IMG/VR virus record: IMGVR_UViG_3300008110_010000
Coordinates: 8,199 to 72,198 of that record
Strand: one strand, 5' to 3'
DNA length: 64,000 bases
DNA from: a virus
Both the position numbers and the translations under genes were made by a program. Below the pieces are notes generated by a model. The model ran no database searches. It was not told the DNA's origin and worked only from the letters and a program-made list of their open reading frames with translations. Positions 56,288 to 64,000 of this stretch are shown here, one piece after another; positions within the stretch are counted from its first letter, which is position 1, and each line of letters starts with the position of its first letter.

Positions 56288-56944
56288 TTACCAATAATAG
56301 GATTCCCATTTAAATTTTTCAATCGGAGTAAATACTGGTTCTTTTGTTCCGTATGATGCACGCTTCTCCACATCATCTTTAGGATTTTGAAGAATTTGGA
56401 GTGCATAATCTACAATTCTGGGTCCATGAGGTAAAACGTGAGTAACTTTATATCGGGATGCAAATTCTTTCACCCTGTTTATTATTTCAGGTAATATCTC
56501 ATAGTATTTTTCACTGTATCTTGATCCCCATGTTCTTTCAATTTTAAGATAATTTTCTGAATCCCATGATGCTCCGGGGGCGTAAACCTTTATAGGGGAG
56601 AATTGATAAACAGTATCTATATACATAGGATGATAATAGGAGATAAGACACTCAAGTTCTTCCAGCTTATTTCCTATGAACCCCTTTATATTTTTTTCCG
56701 CATGTTCTGCTCTTTTGATCTCGTCATTATTTAAGGTGAATCCCCCCCTCCACCCAAGATAACATGCATCAATTAATTTGGACTGATTTCTCTCGCTGAA
56801 AAGTTCCTCTATCTTTTCCTCGTTATAAATTGGCCCAGTTATTACTGTTCTATTATGGAGGATTTTTTTAAATTCCATCCCGAATAGATCTCTTCCTTTC
56901 TGAGAGATACCATAAAAACTCTCGTAAATTGTTAGATGTCTCAC
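56288..56944 (-). CDS. hypothetical protein
   Basis: 218-aa ORF with no motif recognised. Confidence 0.35.
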   Translation of the reverse strand: MRHLTIYESFYGISQKGRDLFGMEFKKILHNRTVITGPIYNEEKIEELFSERNQSKLIDACYLGWRGGFTLNNDEIKRAEHAEKNIKGFIGNKLEELECLISYYHPMYIDTVYQFSPIKVYAPGASWDSENYLKIERTWGSRYSEKYYEILPEIINRVKEFASRYKVTHVLPHGPRIVDYALQILQNPKDDVEKRASYGTKEPVFTPIEKFKWESYYW

Positions 56945-57017
56945 AAATCTATATATTCCGCATTTTTTATTAATAATCCTCTTTATTAAATTTGGGATAG
57001 ATAGGAAACACTTTTAT

Positions 57018-57512
57018 ATGAAAACGAAAAAAATATTAGTGCTAATTTTTCTTTTTTTAATTCCAGCTTGGGAATTTCAAAAAGAACCAGATTTTAAATT
57101 CTTCAAAATAATTCCGGAGGAGGTAGAAAAAATTTCTCATCAAAATCTTTATAATGAAATTATTGAAAGCGGAATAAAATTCCCCGAAATAGCTTTCGTA
57201 CAGGCAATTATAGAATCCGGGAATTTTACATCCGGGCTTTTTAAAAAGCATAACAATCTTTTTGGAATGAGATTTCCAGGAAGGAGAGAAACAACTTCTA
57301 TAGGTAGAAACAAAAGGGGATATGCAAGATACGAAGATTGGGACGATAGCGTAAAGGATTATTTTCATTGGCAATCCTTTTTTATGAGAAGGAGAGACAT
57401 CAACACCAAAGAAGAGTATCTAGATCTTTTAGATGATGTGTATGCTGAAGATAAATCTTATGTTACTGTTATTAGAAAGAATATAAAGCAATACAAACAC
57501 ATTTTTGATTAA
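57018..57512 (+). CDS. secreted glucosaminidase-domain protein (FlgJ/muramidase-like peptidoglycan hydrolase)
   Basis: N-terminal signal/TM segment, then AFVQAIIESGNFTSGLFKKHNNLFGMRF ... YARYEDWDDSVKDY, which resembles the glucosaminidase (AQAALESGWG ... NNLFGIK) domain. Confidence 0.55.
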   Translation: MKTKKILVLIFLFLIPAWEFQKEPDFKFFKIIPEEVEKISHQNLYNEIIESGIKFPEIAFVQAIIESGNFTSGLFKKHNNLFGMRFPGRRETTSIGRNKRGYARYEDWDDSVKDYFHWQSFFMRRRDINTKEEYLDLLDDVYAEDKSYVTVIRKNIKQYKHIFD

Positions 57513-57513
57513 T

Positions 57514-57587
57514 GGACCGGTAGTTCAGCTGGTTAGAATGCCGCCCTGTCACGGCGGAGGTCGCGGGTTCGAGTCCCGTCCGGTCCG
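57514..57587 (+). tRNA. tRNA-Asp(GTC)
   Basis: Acceptor GGACCGG/CCGGTCC (perfect), anticodon stem CCGCC/GGCGG with loop CTGTCAC, T-loop TTCGAGT. Confidence 0.8.
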
Positions 57588-57592
57588 CAAAT

Positions 57593-57632
57593 GGTCAAAA
57601 TTTGAGTAGTAAAACGGTCAAAATTTGAGTAG
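57593..57632. repeat. 17-bp direct repeat x2 (GGTCAAAATTTGAGTAG) between tRNA genes
   Basis: Copies at 57593-57609 and 57616-57632, separated by TAAAAC. Confidence 0.7.
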
Positions 57633-57685
57633 CAAATAATTACTAGGAACTTTTAAAATTTTTTAGCATATAATTTCGGATACTA

Positions 57686-57758
57686 GCAGCGGTGGTGTTC
57701 AATGGTAGCACGCCAGCCTTCCAAGCTGGACGAGAGGGTTCGAATCCCTTTCGCTGCT
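57686..57758 (+). tRNA. tRNA-Gly(TCC)
   Basis: Acceptor GCAGCGG/TCGCTGC, anticodon stem CCAGC/GCTGG with loop CTTCCAA, T-arm GAGGG-TTCGAAT-CCCTT. Confidence 0.75.
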
Positions 57759-57766
57759 CAATATAA

Positions 57767-57805
57767 TAAACCAGATTCTGTCTAATAATCACATCTGGTT
57801 TATTT
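57767..57805. terminator. hairpin terminator-like element between the two tRNA-Gly genes
   Basis: AAACCAGAT-(16 nt loop)-ATCTGGTTT followed by ATTT. Related to the ACCCAGAT terminator family. Confidence 0.35.
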
Positions 57806-57825
57806 AGTAAAAACAGGTTTAGTAA

Positions 57826-57898
<73 letters not shown>

Positions 57899-57933
57899 CA
57901 AAATATAAAAACAAGTATTTTTATAAATAGAAC

Positions 57934-59022
57934 ATGACTGATTATCTAATAGTTGGAGCTGGACTTTACGGATCTATTGTTGCAAACGAATTAAAAAAAT
58001 CAGGTAAGTCAGTTATTGTAATAGATCAGAGAGATCATATTGGAGGAAACTGTTTCACACAAAGCATAGATGGTATTAATGTTCATAAATATGGGCCCCA
58101 TATATTTCACACAGATAATCTAAGTGTTTGGAATTACATTCAAAAATTCTGCGATTTTAATCATTTTAGCTACAGACCAAGGGTTAACTATAAAGGAAAA
58201 ATATATTCCTTTCCGATCAACTTACTAACTTTTCAACAAGTATATGGTATCAGTTCTCCTGCTGAAGTCCAGAAATTACTGGAAGAGATAAGGATTTTTC
58301 ACGAGGATCCAAAAAACATGGAAGAATGGATGCTAGATCAAATTGGACCAGATCTTTATAAAATTTTTATAGAAGGGTATACTACAAAACAGTGGGGAAG
58401 ATCTCCGAAGGAACTTCCTGCTTCCATAGTAAAAAGAATTCCAATACGTCTAACTTTTGATGATAATTACTATAATCATCCATACCAAGGAATCCCAGTT
58501 GGCGGGTACACACAGATTTTTGAAAAACTTCTTAATGGTATAGACGTCAGATTAAATCACAATTATTTTGATAATAAAGAATTTTTTGACTCTCTAGCAA
58601 AGAATGTAATTTACACCGGTCCGATAGACAGATTCTATAATTATGAATTTGGAAAATTAGAATATAGATCCTTAGATTTTAAAACAGAACTTTTAGATAT
58701 TCCGGATTTTCAGGGGGTAGCTGGGGTTAATTATACAGATTTAGATGTACCATATACAAGAATAGTAGAACACAAACATTTTGAATTTGGAAAACAAAAC
58801 CACACGATCATCACAAAAGAATATTCAAAATCGTTAGGTGATCCCTACTATCCAATAAATGACGGAAGAAATCAAAAGATTTATGAAGTGTATAGATCCA
58901 AGTCCGTGGAAAATCCGAAGTTTAATTTTGGCGGAAGATTAGCAGAGTATAAGTATTATGACATGCATCAAATAATCTCGCAAGCCCTTGATTTCTCTTC
59001 GAAAATTAGAATCAAAAATTAA
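57934..59022 (+). CDS. glf: UDP-galactopyranose mutase
   Basis: DYLIVGAGLYGSIVANEL (FAD Rossmann), VIVIDQRDHIGGNCFT and GPHIFHT are the characteristic UGM N-terminal motifs. Length 362 aa is consistent with Glf. Confidence 0.75.
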   Translation: MTDYLIVGAGLYGSIVANELKKSGKSVIVIDQRDHIGGNCFTQSIDGINVHKYGPHIFHTDNLSVWNYIQKFCDFNHFSYRPRVNYKGKIYSFPINLLTFQQVYGISSPAEVQKLLEEIRIFHEDPKNMEEWMLDQIGPDLYKIFIEGYTTKQWGRSPKELPASIVKRIPIRLTFDDNYYNHPYQGIPVGGYTQIFEKLLNGIDVRLNHNYFDNKEFFDSLAKNVIYTGPIDRFYNYEFGKLEYRSLDFKTELLDIPDFQGVAGVNYTDLDVPYTRIVEHKHFEFGKQNHTIITKEYSKSLGDPYYPINDGRNQKIYEVYRSKSVENPKFNFGGRLAEYKYYDMHQIISQALDFSSKIRIKN

Positions 59023-59624
59023 TTTTTGTGATCCTTGTCTTCGCAAAGCATTTCTAATTGTTCCCAGCTAAATTTTGGCTTTTCATTTAAAAAAACAAAG
59101 CATCTCCACTTTTTTTGAGACTCAAAGTAGATATGCTTTTGTAGGTGGGAGGGAATGGCAGCATTTGTCTCAACTCTTTTAACGGGATTGTCAAAAAATA
59201 TTTTAATTAATACAGTGATATTTTCTTTATCGTCCCATTTTCTGATCTGCTCCTCCAATAATCTCCATTCACCCCTATTCAGATACTGATTTTGCATAAT
59301 GCAATTAAGGTAAGAAAATGTTTGCTTTAGGTTTTCCATGTTGTCAGAAAATGTAGCAGCAGGTGCTCCATGTCCTTTATCATACACATTTTTTACATAA
59401 TCATCAGCATCCGAAGTTTTGACTGATTTTTCTGTGTAAAAATCCATTGATCCCCTATTAACATTAGTAGGTCTGTTGGTTGATCTATATTTGATCCATA
59501 AAGGCTGCTCTAATTTCTGCGAATATAAAACTTCAAACACTTGATTTTTAATTCTTACTGTGTCTTGGGCTTTTAATACTACTGATAGTGATAAAAATAG
59601 AAGTACTGATAAAATTCTTTTCAT
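59019..59624 (-). CDS. secreted DNA/RNA non-specific endonuclease (Serratia-nuclease family-like)
   Basis: Signal peptide MKRILSVLLFLSLSVVLKAQD. DKGHGAPAA resembles the D-R-G-H active-site motif, followed by N ... NQ ... GEW ... LEEQ segments in Endonuclease_NS order. Confidence 0.5.
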   Translation of the reverse strand: MKRILSVLLFLSLSVVLKAQDTVRIKNQVFEVLYSQKLEQPLWIKYRSTNRPTNVNRGSMDFYTEKSVKTSDADDYVKNVYDKGHGAPAATFSDNMENLKQTFSYLNCIMQNQYLNRGEWRLLEEQIRKWDDKENITVLIKIFFDNPVKRVETNAAIPSHLQKHIYFESQKKWRCFVFLNEKPKFSWEQLEMLCEDKDHKN

Positions 59625-59626
59625 GT

Positions 59627-60445
59627 TTATTTTTTTCTTTTTAACTCTTTCATCGGAACATTTACATGTTTACCGAACGGCATTTGTTTACTGCTTATCA
59701 TTGCCCAAATAATTTTTTTGTGCCATTTTGGTTTTTCAGGGTCGTGAGCACCACCGTCAGTAAAGTATATGAGGCAGGCAAGATCTTTTCCTTTTTTTAG
59801 AATGTTATCTTCTGCCCATTTTATAGGCGGGTCAAATCCAAGTTCGTTACCACCCGTAGATCCCTGTTTAGAAGGATCTAATTTTTGAGTTGGGTATTTT
59901 AAATAATCTATACCATCTATGTCATCACTGCAATAGATTATCCAAATTTCTTCAGGAGAAAAAGCTTTAAGTATACTTCTAGCTTCTGTCAAGAAAGTAT
60001 TATATTCTTCGGATCCTATACTTCCGGAGGTATCAACTGCAATTACAACTGATCCAAATCCCTCTTCCTTTCCTCTTAGACCAGGAAGGTAAATGCCTTG
60101 ACTAGCATATCTTCTGTTTGGTATTTTATACATTGTAGGTTCCTCGTTGGCAGTCGAAACGTATCTTTGTAATATTTTTCTCCAATTAATCTGTGGATTA
60201 GCTAATCTTTCAACGAATTTTCTAAGAGCCCCTGATCCTCCTCCACTGCCCATTCCTCTGTTTGCAGCATTGTTTACTATTTCTTTTACCTTGTCTTTTA
60301 CAGATTTTCTTTCCTTCTGTATTGGTTTTTCTTTCTGTGGATTCCAATCCCCCTTCTCTTGATCTGGCTTATCTGGATCCCCATCTTTCCATTCGCTTTC
60401 TTTTTCGTCAGAAATGATTTTGTATTTTCCTTTTTGTACGTACAT
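59627..60445 (-). CDS. VWA-like domain protein (DUF2201-type)
   Basis: VVIAVDTSGSIGSEEY resembles a MIDAS-like D-x-S-x-S start of a VWA fold. Lies in an operon with the AAA+ ATPase. Confidence 0.45.
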   Translation of the reverse strand: MYVQKGKYKIISDEKESEWKDGDPDKPDQEKGDWNPQKEKPIQKERKSVKDKVKEIVNNAANRGMGSGGGSGALRKFVERLANPQINWRKILQRYVSTANEEPTMYKIPNRRYASQGIYLPGLRGKEEGFGSVVIAVDTSGSIGSEEYNTFLTEARSILKAFSPEEIWIIYCSDDIDGIDYLKYPTQKLDPSKQGSTGGNELGFDPPIKWAEDNILKKGKDLACLIYFTDGGAHDPEKPKWHKKIIWAMISSKQMPFGKHVNVPMKELKRKK

Positions 60446-60446
60446 A

Positions 60447-61418
60447 TTAAACTTCTATATCTCCGTTTTTATAAACCTTCTTTATAGTTTTAATAGCTCC
60501 GCTATCTAATCTTACTTTTTGTCCGGTTTTAGGTAACTCCAATTCTCCGGATCCTCCCTCGGCATTTCCTGATCCTCCTTCACCTTCACCTTCTCCTTCA
60601 CCTTCACCTTCTCCCTCGCCTTCTCCTTCACCTTCTCCCTCGCCTTCTCCCTCGCCTTCTCCCTCGCCTTCTCCTTCGCCTTCTCCTTCGCCTTCTCCCT
60701 CGCCTTCTCCTTCGCCTTCTCCCTCGCCTTCTCCCTCGCCTTCTCCCTCGCCTTCTCCCTCTCCTTCACCTTCTCCCGGTTGGTTATCATCAATTTCGGG
60801 GGTTTCCTCTTGGGGTTCTTCCGCATCCTTAGTGATTGAATCTTTCTCCCCAAGAACAGTTTCAGTAACTTGATCATGATCTATAGCTCCCGGCTCAAAA
60901 ACGTCACAATATGATTTAAAGAAAGGGTCTATTTTTAATCTACCAGATTTTATCTGGTCATAGATTTCTTCAGCAGAGAGATCCTGGAATTTTGAAGATT
61001 GCATGGTAGTAGGAAGCTTTGATTTTCCAATACCATCTAAAAAAGCTTCAGCTGCCATGTCACATGCTGCGTTCCAGATATTAGTATCTTTACTTCCGAT
61101 CCTATCATAGTGATCTAAAGCAAGATGAGAAATTCCTTGGCTAATAGCCCAGATTATTTCGTCTTCAGAAAGATCTATAACATTTTTAGGATTAAATATG
61201 AATATGGTGCCATCAGTTGAAAAATATTCGCATTCATCAGAAACTCCTACTGGGATTTCAGCAAGAACCCTCCCGAATAATCCCTCTTTCATTAAGATTT
61301 TTGAAACCGATCTTCTAACTCGCATGACTGCTCTTTCATAGTCCTGCTCACTAATTCCGTAACTTGATGAATTTTCTAACAGAATACCATATTCTGCAAA
61401 GTTTCTAATTTTTCTCAT
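60447..61418 (-). CDS. putative metallopeptidase-like (DUF2201_N-type) protein with long poly(Gly-Glu) tract
   Basis: N-terminal half has a His/Asp-rich segment (ISQGISHLALDHYDRIG). C-terminal tract of about 45 uninterrupted GE dipeptides, then a short tail. Confidence 0.4.
   Translation of the reverse strand: MRKIRNFAEYGILLENSSSYGISEQDYERAVMRVRRSVSKILMKEGLFGRVLAEIPVGVSDECEYFSTDGTIFIFNPKNVIDLSEDEIIWAISQGISHLALDHYDRIGSKDTNIWNAACDMAAEAFLDGIGKSKLPTTMQSSKFQDLSAEEIYDQIKSGRLKIDPFFKSYCDVFEPGAIDHDQVTETVLGEKDSITKDAEEPQEETPEIDDNQPGEGEGEGEGEGEGEGEGEGEGEGEGEGEGEGEGEGEGEGEGEGEGEGEGEGEGEGEGEGEGEGEGEGGSGNAEGGSGELELPKTGQKVRLDSGAIKTIKKVYKNGDIEV
60570..60780. repeat. coding hexanucleotide/12-mer tandem repeat (GE)n
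   Basis: ccttctccctcg / ccttcaccttct units repeated about 18 times. Generates a spurious opposite-strand KAREKA ORF. Confidence 0.8.
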
Positions 61419-61419
61419 T

Positions 61420-62988
61420 CTAGATTTCTTTCATTAAAGATCTATATCTGTTCACAAATGGTGTTACATATTGTTCTAGAGAGGTATCACCCAAATAGTT
61501 TTTGATTTCCGGATGAGTTCTTTTTGCCATGTTTAATGCACTCATAGCTAATTCTCCTGTGTTTAAATCTGTTAGATATGTTATAAAATTAGTGAATTCA
61601 TCTTTTGTTAACTGTTGTCCGTTTTTGTATTTGGATGCTAAGTACATGATGCTATAGCCTTTTCTCAGATCAACTCTTCCAGTATTAGAACTCATTGGAA
61701 GTTTTACTGTTTCATCGCTAGGATCCGTAAATATCTTTTCTATTCTATTAACTGGCCAAACCTTCATCGTTTCAAGGAAATCTGTAATAATTGATGATAC
61801 TTTTTTACCAATGTGTTTATCGAAGATAAGTCTGGTAGTTTCTGCTGAGATATCCCCTCCTTTTTCTTTTTGTGCGTCTCTCCTTTCTTTATATTCTCTA
61901 GCAGCATATTCCCATGCTCTTGGTGTAACACCCATTGTAGTTTCAATATCTCCTCCAACTAATCCGCTAGGTAAAACATAGAAATAATCCTGCATAAGTT
62001 CTACAAATGCTATAACCTCGTCGCTTAGATCTGCTTCTTTTCTTCCCCTTGCCCATTTTGTCCAAGATACAGGATCGGAAATAAAATTGACTTGAGCAAA
62101 TCTATTGGCTAGTGCGAAGCTCATTGGTTTAATCATAGATCCTGGTTCATCCTCCGGTCTATTTGCTGCAGCTAGAATTAGCCATTTGCTAGGAATTTTA
62201 TAATTAGCACTTGTGATTTCTCTGTCCAAAACAACTTTGAGCATTGCCGCTTGAACCGATGGGTGTGCTCTGTTAATCTCGTCTAAGAATATAATTCCAC
62301 CCTTCCCCTCGATTTTTTCTATAGTGCCATCTTCCCTCTTGATTTCTCGGTCTCCGTTATCTAAAGGCCAAATCATTGGTAAATAATTTACTGATCTTTT
62401 TACGTCGTAATCTACATCCTTTTCAGCACCAGGTAATCCGGCAACATCCGTCGGTTCCATTAAACTTAGAATTACCTCGATAACAGGAACACCCATTCCC
62501 TTAGTCCCAAAAGATTTTACCACGGAGGTTTTACCAATTCCTGGTGCTCCCCAAATTAATAATGGTCTACCAGTTTCTGGTTTCTGGAAGTGATATGATA
62601 GTTCCCCCGTTAACTGATCAGCATCAACGTCAGTTATTTGAGAGTCTTGGGTCTTTTGAGCAGTTTTCCAAGATGGATCATCAGATTCTTTAATTGAAGA
62701 AATCGATCCGGATCTAAAGTTATACGAACTGCCAGCATCACCCTCTGGAAGGTAAACCTTTACAACACTCCGTGCTTTTGCTATATTACCATTTGCGTCT
62801 TTGAATTGTTCGAACCTTCCAGTCTCCGGATTGTATTTTTTGTCTCTAACTGGAATTTCCCCTTCCTTTTCTGCACGGATTAAATTCATTAGCCAGTTTC
62901 CTGCTTTTTTTAGTAATTCTGCTCCCCTGGAAAATATCCCAGCTTCATTAAGTCTATTAAACTCTTGAAATCCTTTGATTCTTTTCAT
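61420..62988 (-). CDS. MoxR-like AAA+ ATPase
   Basis: LLIWGAPGIGKTSVV Walker A, GIIFLDEINRA Walker B and ILAAANRPE sensor region in MoxR/RavA order. C-terminal extension. Confidence 0.6.
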   Translation of the reverse strand: MKRIKGFQEFNRLNEAGIFSRGAELLKKAGNWLMNLIRAEKEGEIPVRDKKYNPETGRFEQFKDANGNIAKARSVVKVYLPEGDAGSSYNFRSGSISSIKESDDPSWKTAQKTQDSQITDVDADQLTGELSYHFQKPETGRPLLIWGAPGIGKTSVVKSFGTKGMGVPVIEVILSLMEPTDVAGLPGAEKDVDYDVKRSVNYLPMIWPLDNGDREIKREDGTIEKIEGKGGIIFLDEINRAHPSVQAAMLKVVLDREITSANYKIPSKWLILAAANRPEDEPGSMIKPMSFALANRFAQVNFISDPVSWTKWARGRKEADLSDEVIAFVELMQDYFYVLPSGLVGGDIETTMGVTPRAWEYAAREYKERRDAQKEKGGDISAETTRLIFDKHIGKKVSSIITDFLETMKVWPVNRIEKIFTDPSDETVKLPMSSNTGRVDLRKGYSIMYLASKYKNGQQLTKDEFTNFITYLTDLNTGELAMSALNMAKRTHPEIKNYLGDTSLEQYVTPFVNRYRSLMKEI

Positions 62989-63002
62989 TTTTTTATTTTT
63001 TT

Positions 63003-63854
63003 TTAATCCTCGAAAAATCCTGCTGATTTGAGATCGCCAAGATTGTCTATAGTTTGTGCTACGTTTTCTGTTCCTTTTTCTTTTGCAAGATTTGAAATCA
63101 TATCAAAAACACCTTCTGAGAAATTTAATGCAACAAAGTCTCCGGGCTTTTGATTAAAGAGATCTAATAATTCCTGAGTTACATCAAATTCCGGTTCCTG
63201 CATCTCTTTGGGATTTGCAAATTTTAAACCGATGTCCTCGGAAGATGCCGCAAAAAGTTTTTTAATTGTTTCTATCTGGAAATCCATTCCTCCATAAAAT
63301 GAGAATTGTAAAGCCTTGTTAGTTTCGAATCCGTTTGCAATTTTTTTTCTGATGTTCTTTACTACTTCTTCGTCCCATCCTTGTTTTTTCATTAGAATTT
63401 CAAGTATCAATGCGTTACCAGATTTAAAATAAAAAGCAACATTTTGACCAAATCCAGGGATCTCAGAAAAAATTGAAGCCTTTCCTGTTAGTGATCCCGA
63501 CACCATATCAGCTGGAGAATTCATTACCGTATATCCATCCTGATTTGCGCTTCTACTATATGAAATACCTCCCTTAACTTCTGGAGTTTCTGATTTAAAA
63601 TGCGGGCTATTAATAAATTGGGAGGTTTCCACAGTACATGGAACCAATACATATCCAGCTACCCCGCCAGTTCCTAAAAGTTCCGAAGGAAATTTGGTAT
63701 CGGAGGTTGATAGATTTTTATCCACTGATTTGAAGTTTTTATCAACAGGAACAAATATAAAAGCGGAATGCGTTCCTATAAATCCTTCGTTGATAAACCC
63801 AGTAAAGTCTAAGATTCTTTTCATTTTTTTATATATCAAAAAAATAAAGCCCAC
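63003..63854 (-). CDS. hypothetical protein
   Basis: 283-aa ORF upstream of the ATPase operon. Confidence 0.3.
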   Translation of the reverse strand: MGFIFLIYKKMKRILDFTGFINEGFIGTHSAFIFVPVDKNFKSVDKNLSTSDTKFPSELLGTGGVAGYVLVPCTVETSQFINSPHFKSETPEVKGGISYSRSANQDGYTVMNSPADMVSGSLTGKASIFSEIPGFGQNVAFYFKSGNALILEILMKKQGWDEEVVKNIRKKIANGFETNKALQFSFYGGMDFQIETIKKLFAASSEDIGLKFANPKEMQEPEFDVTQELLDLFNQKPGDFVALNFSEGVFDMISNLAKEKGTENVAQTIDNLGDLKSAGFFED

Positions 63855-64000
63855 ATCTGAAATATTTTTGGAAATTTCTCATAAAATGATCATATAAACA
63901 CGATAATGAAGACTTTCGGGAAATTTAGCGCTGCAATTGATTGGACAAAATCTAAAATGTCTGATTATTGCTATGAGGTTCACACAGAAAAGTGGCAAGG

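Noticed and set aside
60512-60877. 121-aa ORF with KAREKAREKAKEKA repeats
   Set aside because: It is an out-of-frame reading of the hexanucleotide repeat that encodes the poly(GE) tract of the larger co-oriented ORF 60447..61418. It is fully nested in it and has no flanking non-repeat sequence of its own.

Overview
The window is AT-rich (roughly 30% GC), densely coded and rich in tRNAs. It looks like part of a large virus, most likely a jumbo phage of a Bacteroidota-like host; a cellular origin cannot be fully excluded. The evidence for a bacterial host is a CHAP peptidase, an FlgJ-type glucosaminidase, a tail-fibre C-terminal intramolecular chaperone (S74) domain, KAQ/FAQ-type signal peptides, a tmRNA and hairpin-plus-T-run (rho-independent) terminators.

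Bases 1-29,226 are a single minus-strand array of carbohydrate-modification and unusual-chemistry genes: about five SGNH/GDSL-like hydrolase paralogs, three 2OG-Fe(II) oxygenase-like proteins, a tandem pair of SET-domain proteins, a Hint/BIL-domain protein, a small cytidylyltransferase, an APS-kinase-like kinase, HAD and shikimate-dehydrogenase-like proteins, a trifunctional cupin/sugar-nucleotidyltransferase/kinase fusion, four consecutive radical-SAM enzymes, two paralogous GT7 (beta-1,4-galactosyltransferase-type) glycosyltransferases and a TylF-like methyltransferase.

After a divergent junction at about 29.3 kb the plus strand carries a metallophosphatase, a second HAD-like protein, a band-7/SPFH protein, an IMPDH/GMP-reductase-family enzyme, a tmRNA (ssrA-like, G3:U70, tag ending ...DYAIAA), a second methyltransferase, DxD glycosyltransferases, an initiator tRNA, a GT2-radical-SAM fusion, a Gfo/Idh/MocA oxidoreductase, an ATP-grasp enzyme, an IscA/HesB Fe-S carrier and a PAP2 phosphatase. 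Then comes a 1543-aa Ser/Thr-rich collagen-like (G-S/T-S/T) fibre protein with a Cys-rich insert and a C-terminal S74 chaperone domain.

Bases 48.9-57.9 kb hold at least 20 further tRNAs in four clusters plus one non-canonical tRNA-like element. They are interspersed with small genes, a sugar-binding DXD glycosyltransferase, a CHAP peptidase, a glucosaminidase and UDP-galactopyranose mutase. The window ends with a secreted DNA/RNA non-specific nuclease and a MoxR-like AAA+ ATPase / VWA / putative metallopeptidase triad. The metallopeptidase carries a long poly(Gly-Glu) tract. All functional calls come from motifs read directly in the supplied translations; no database search was run.
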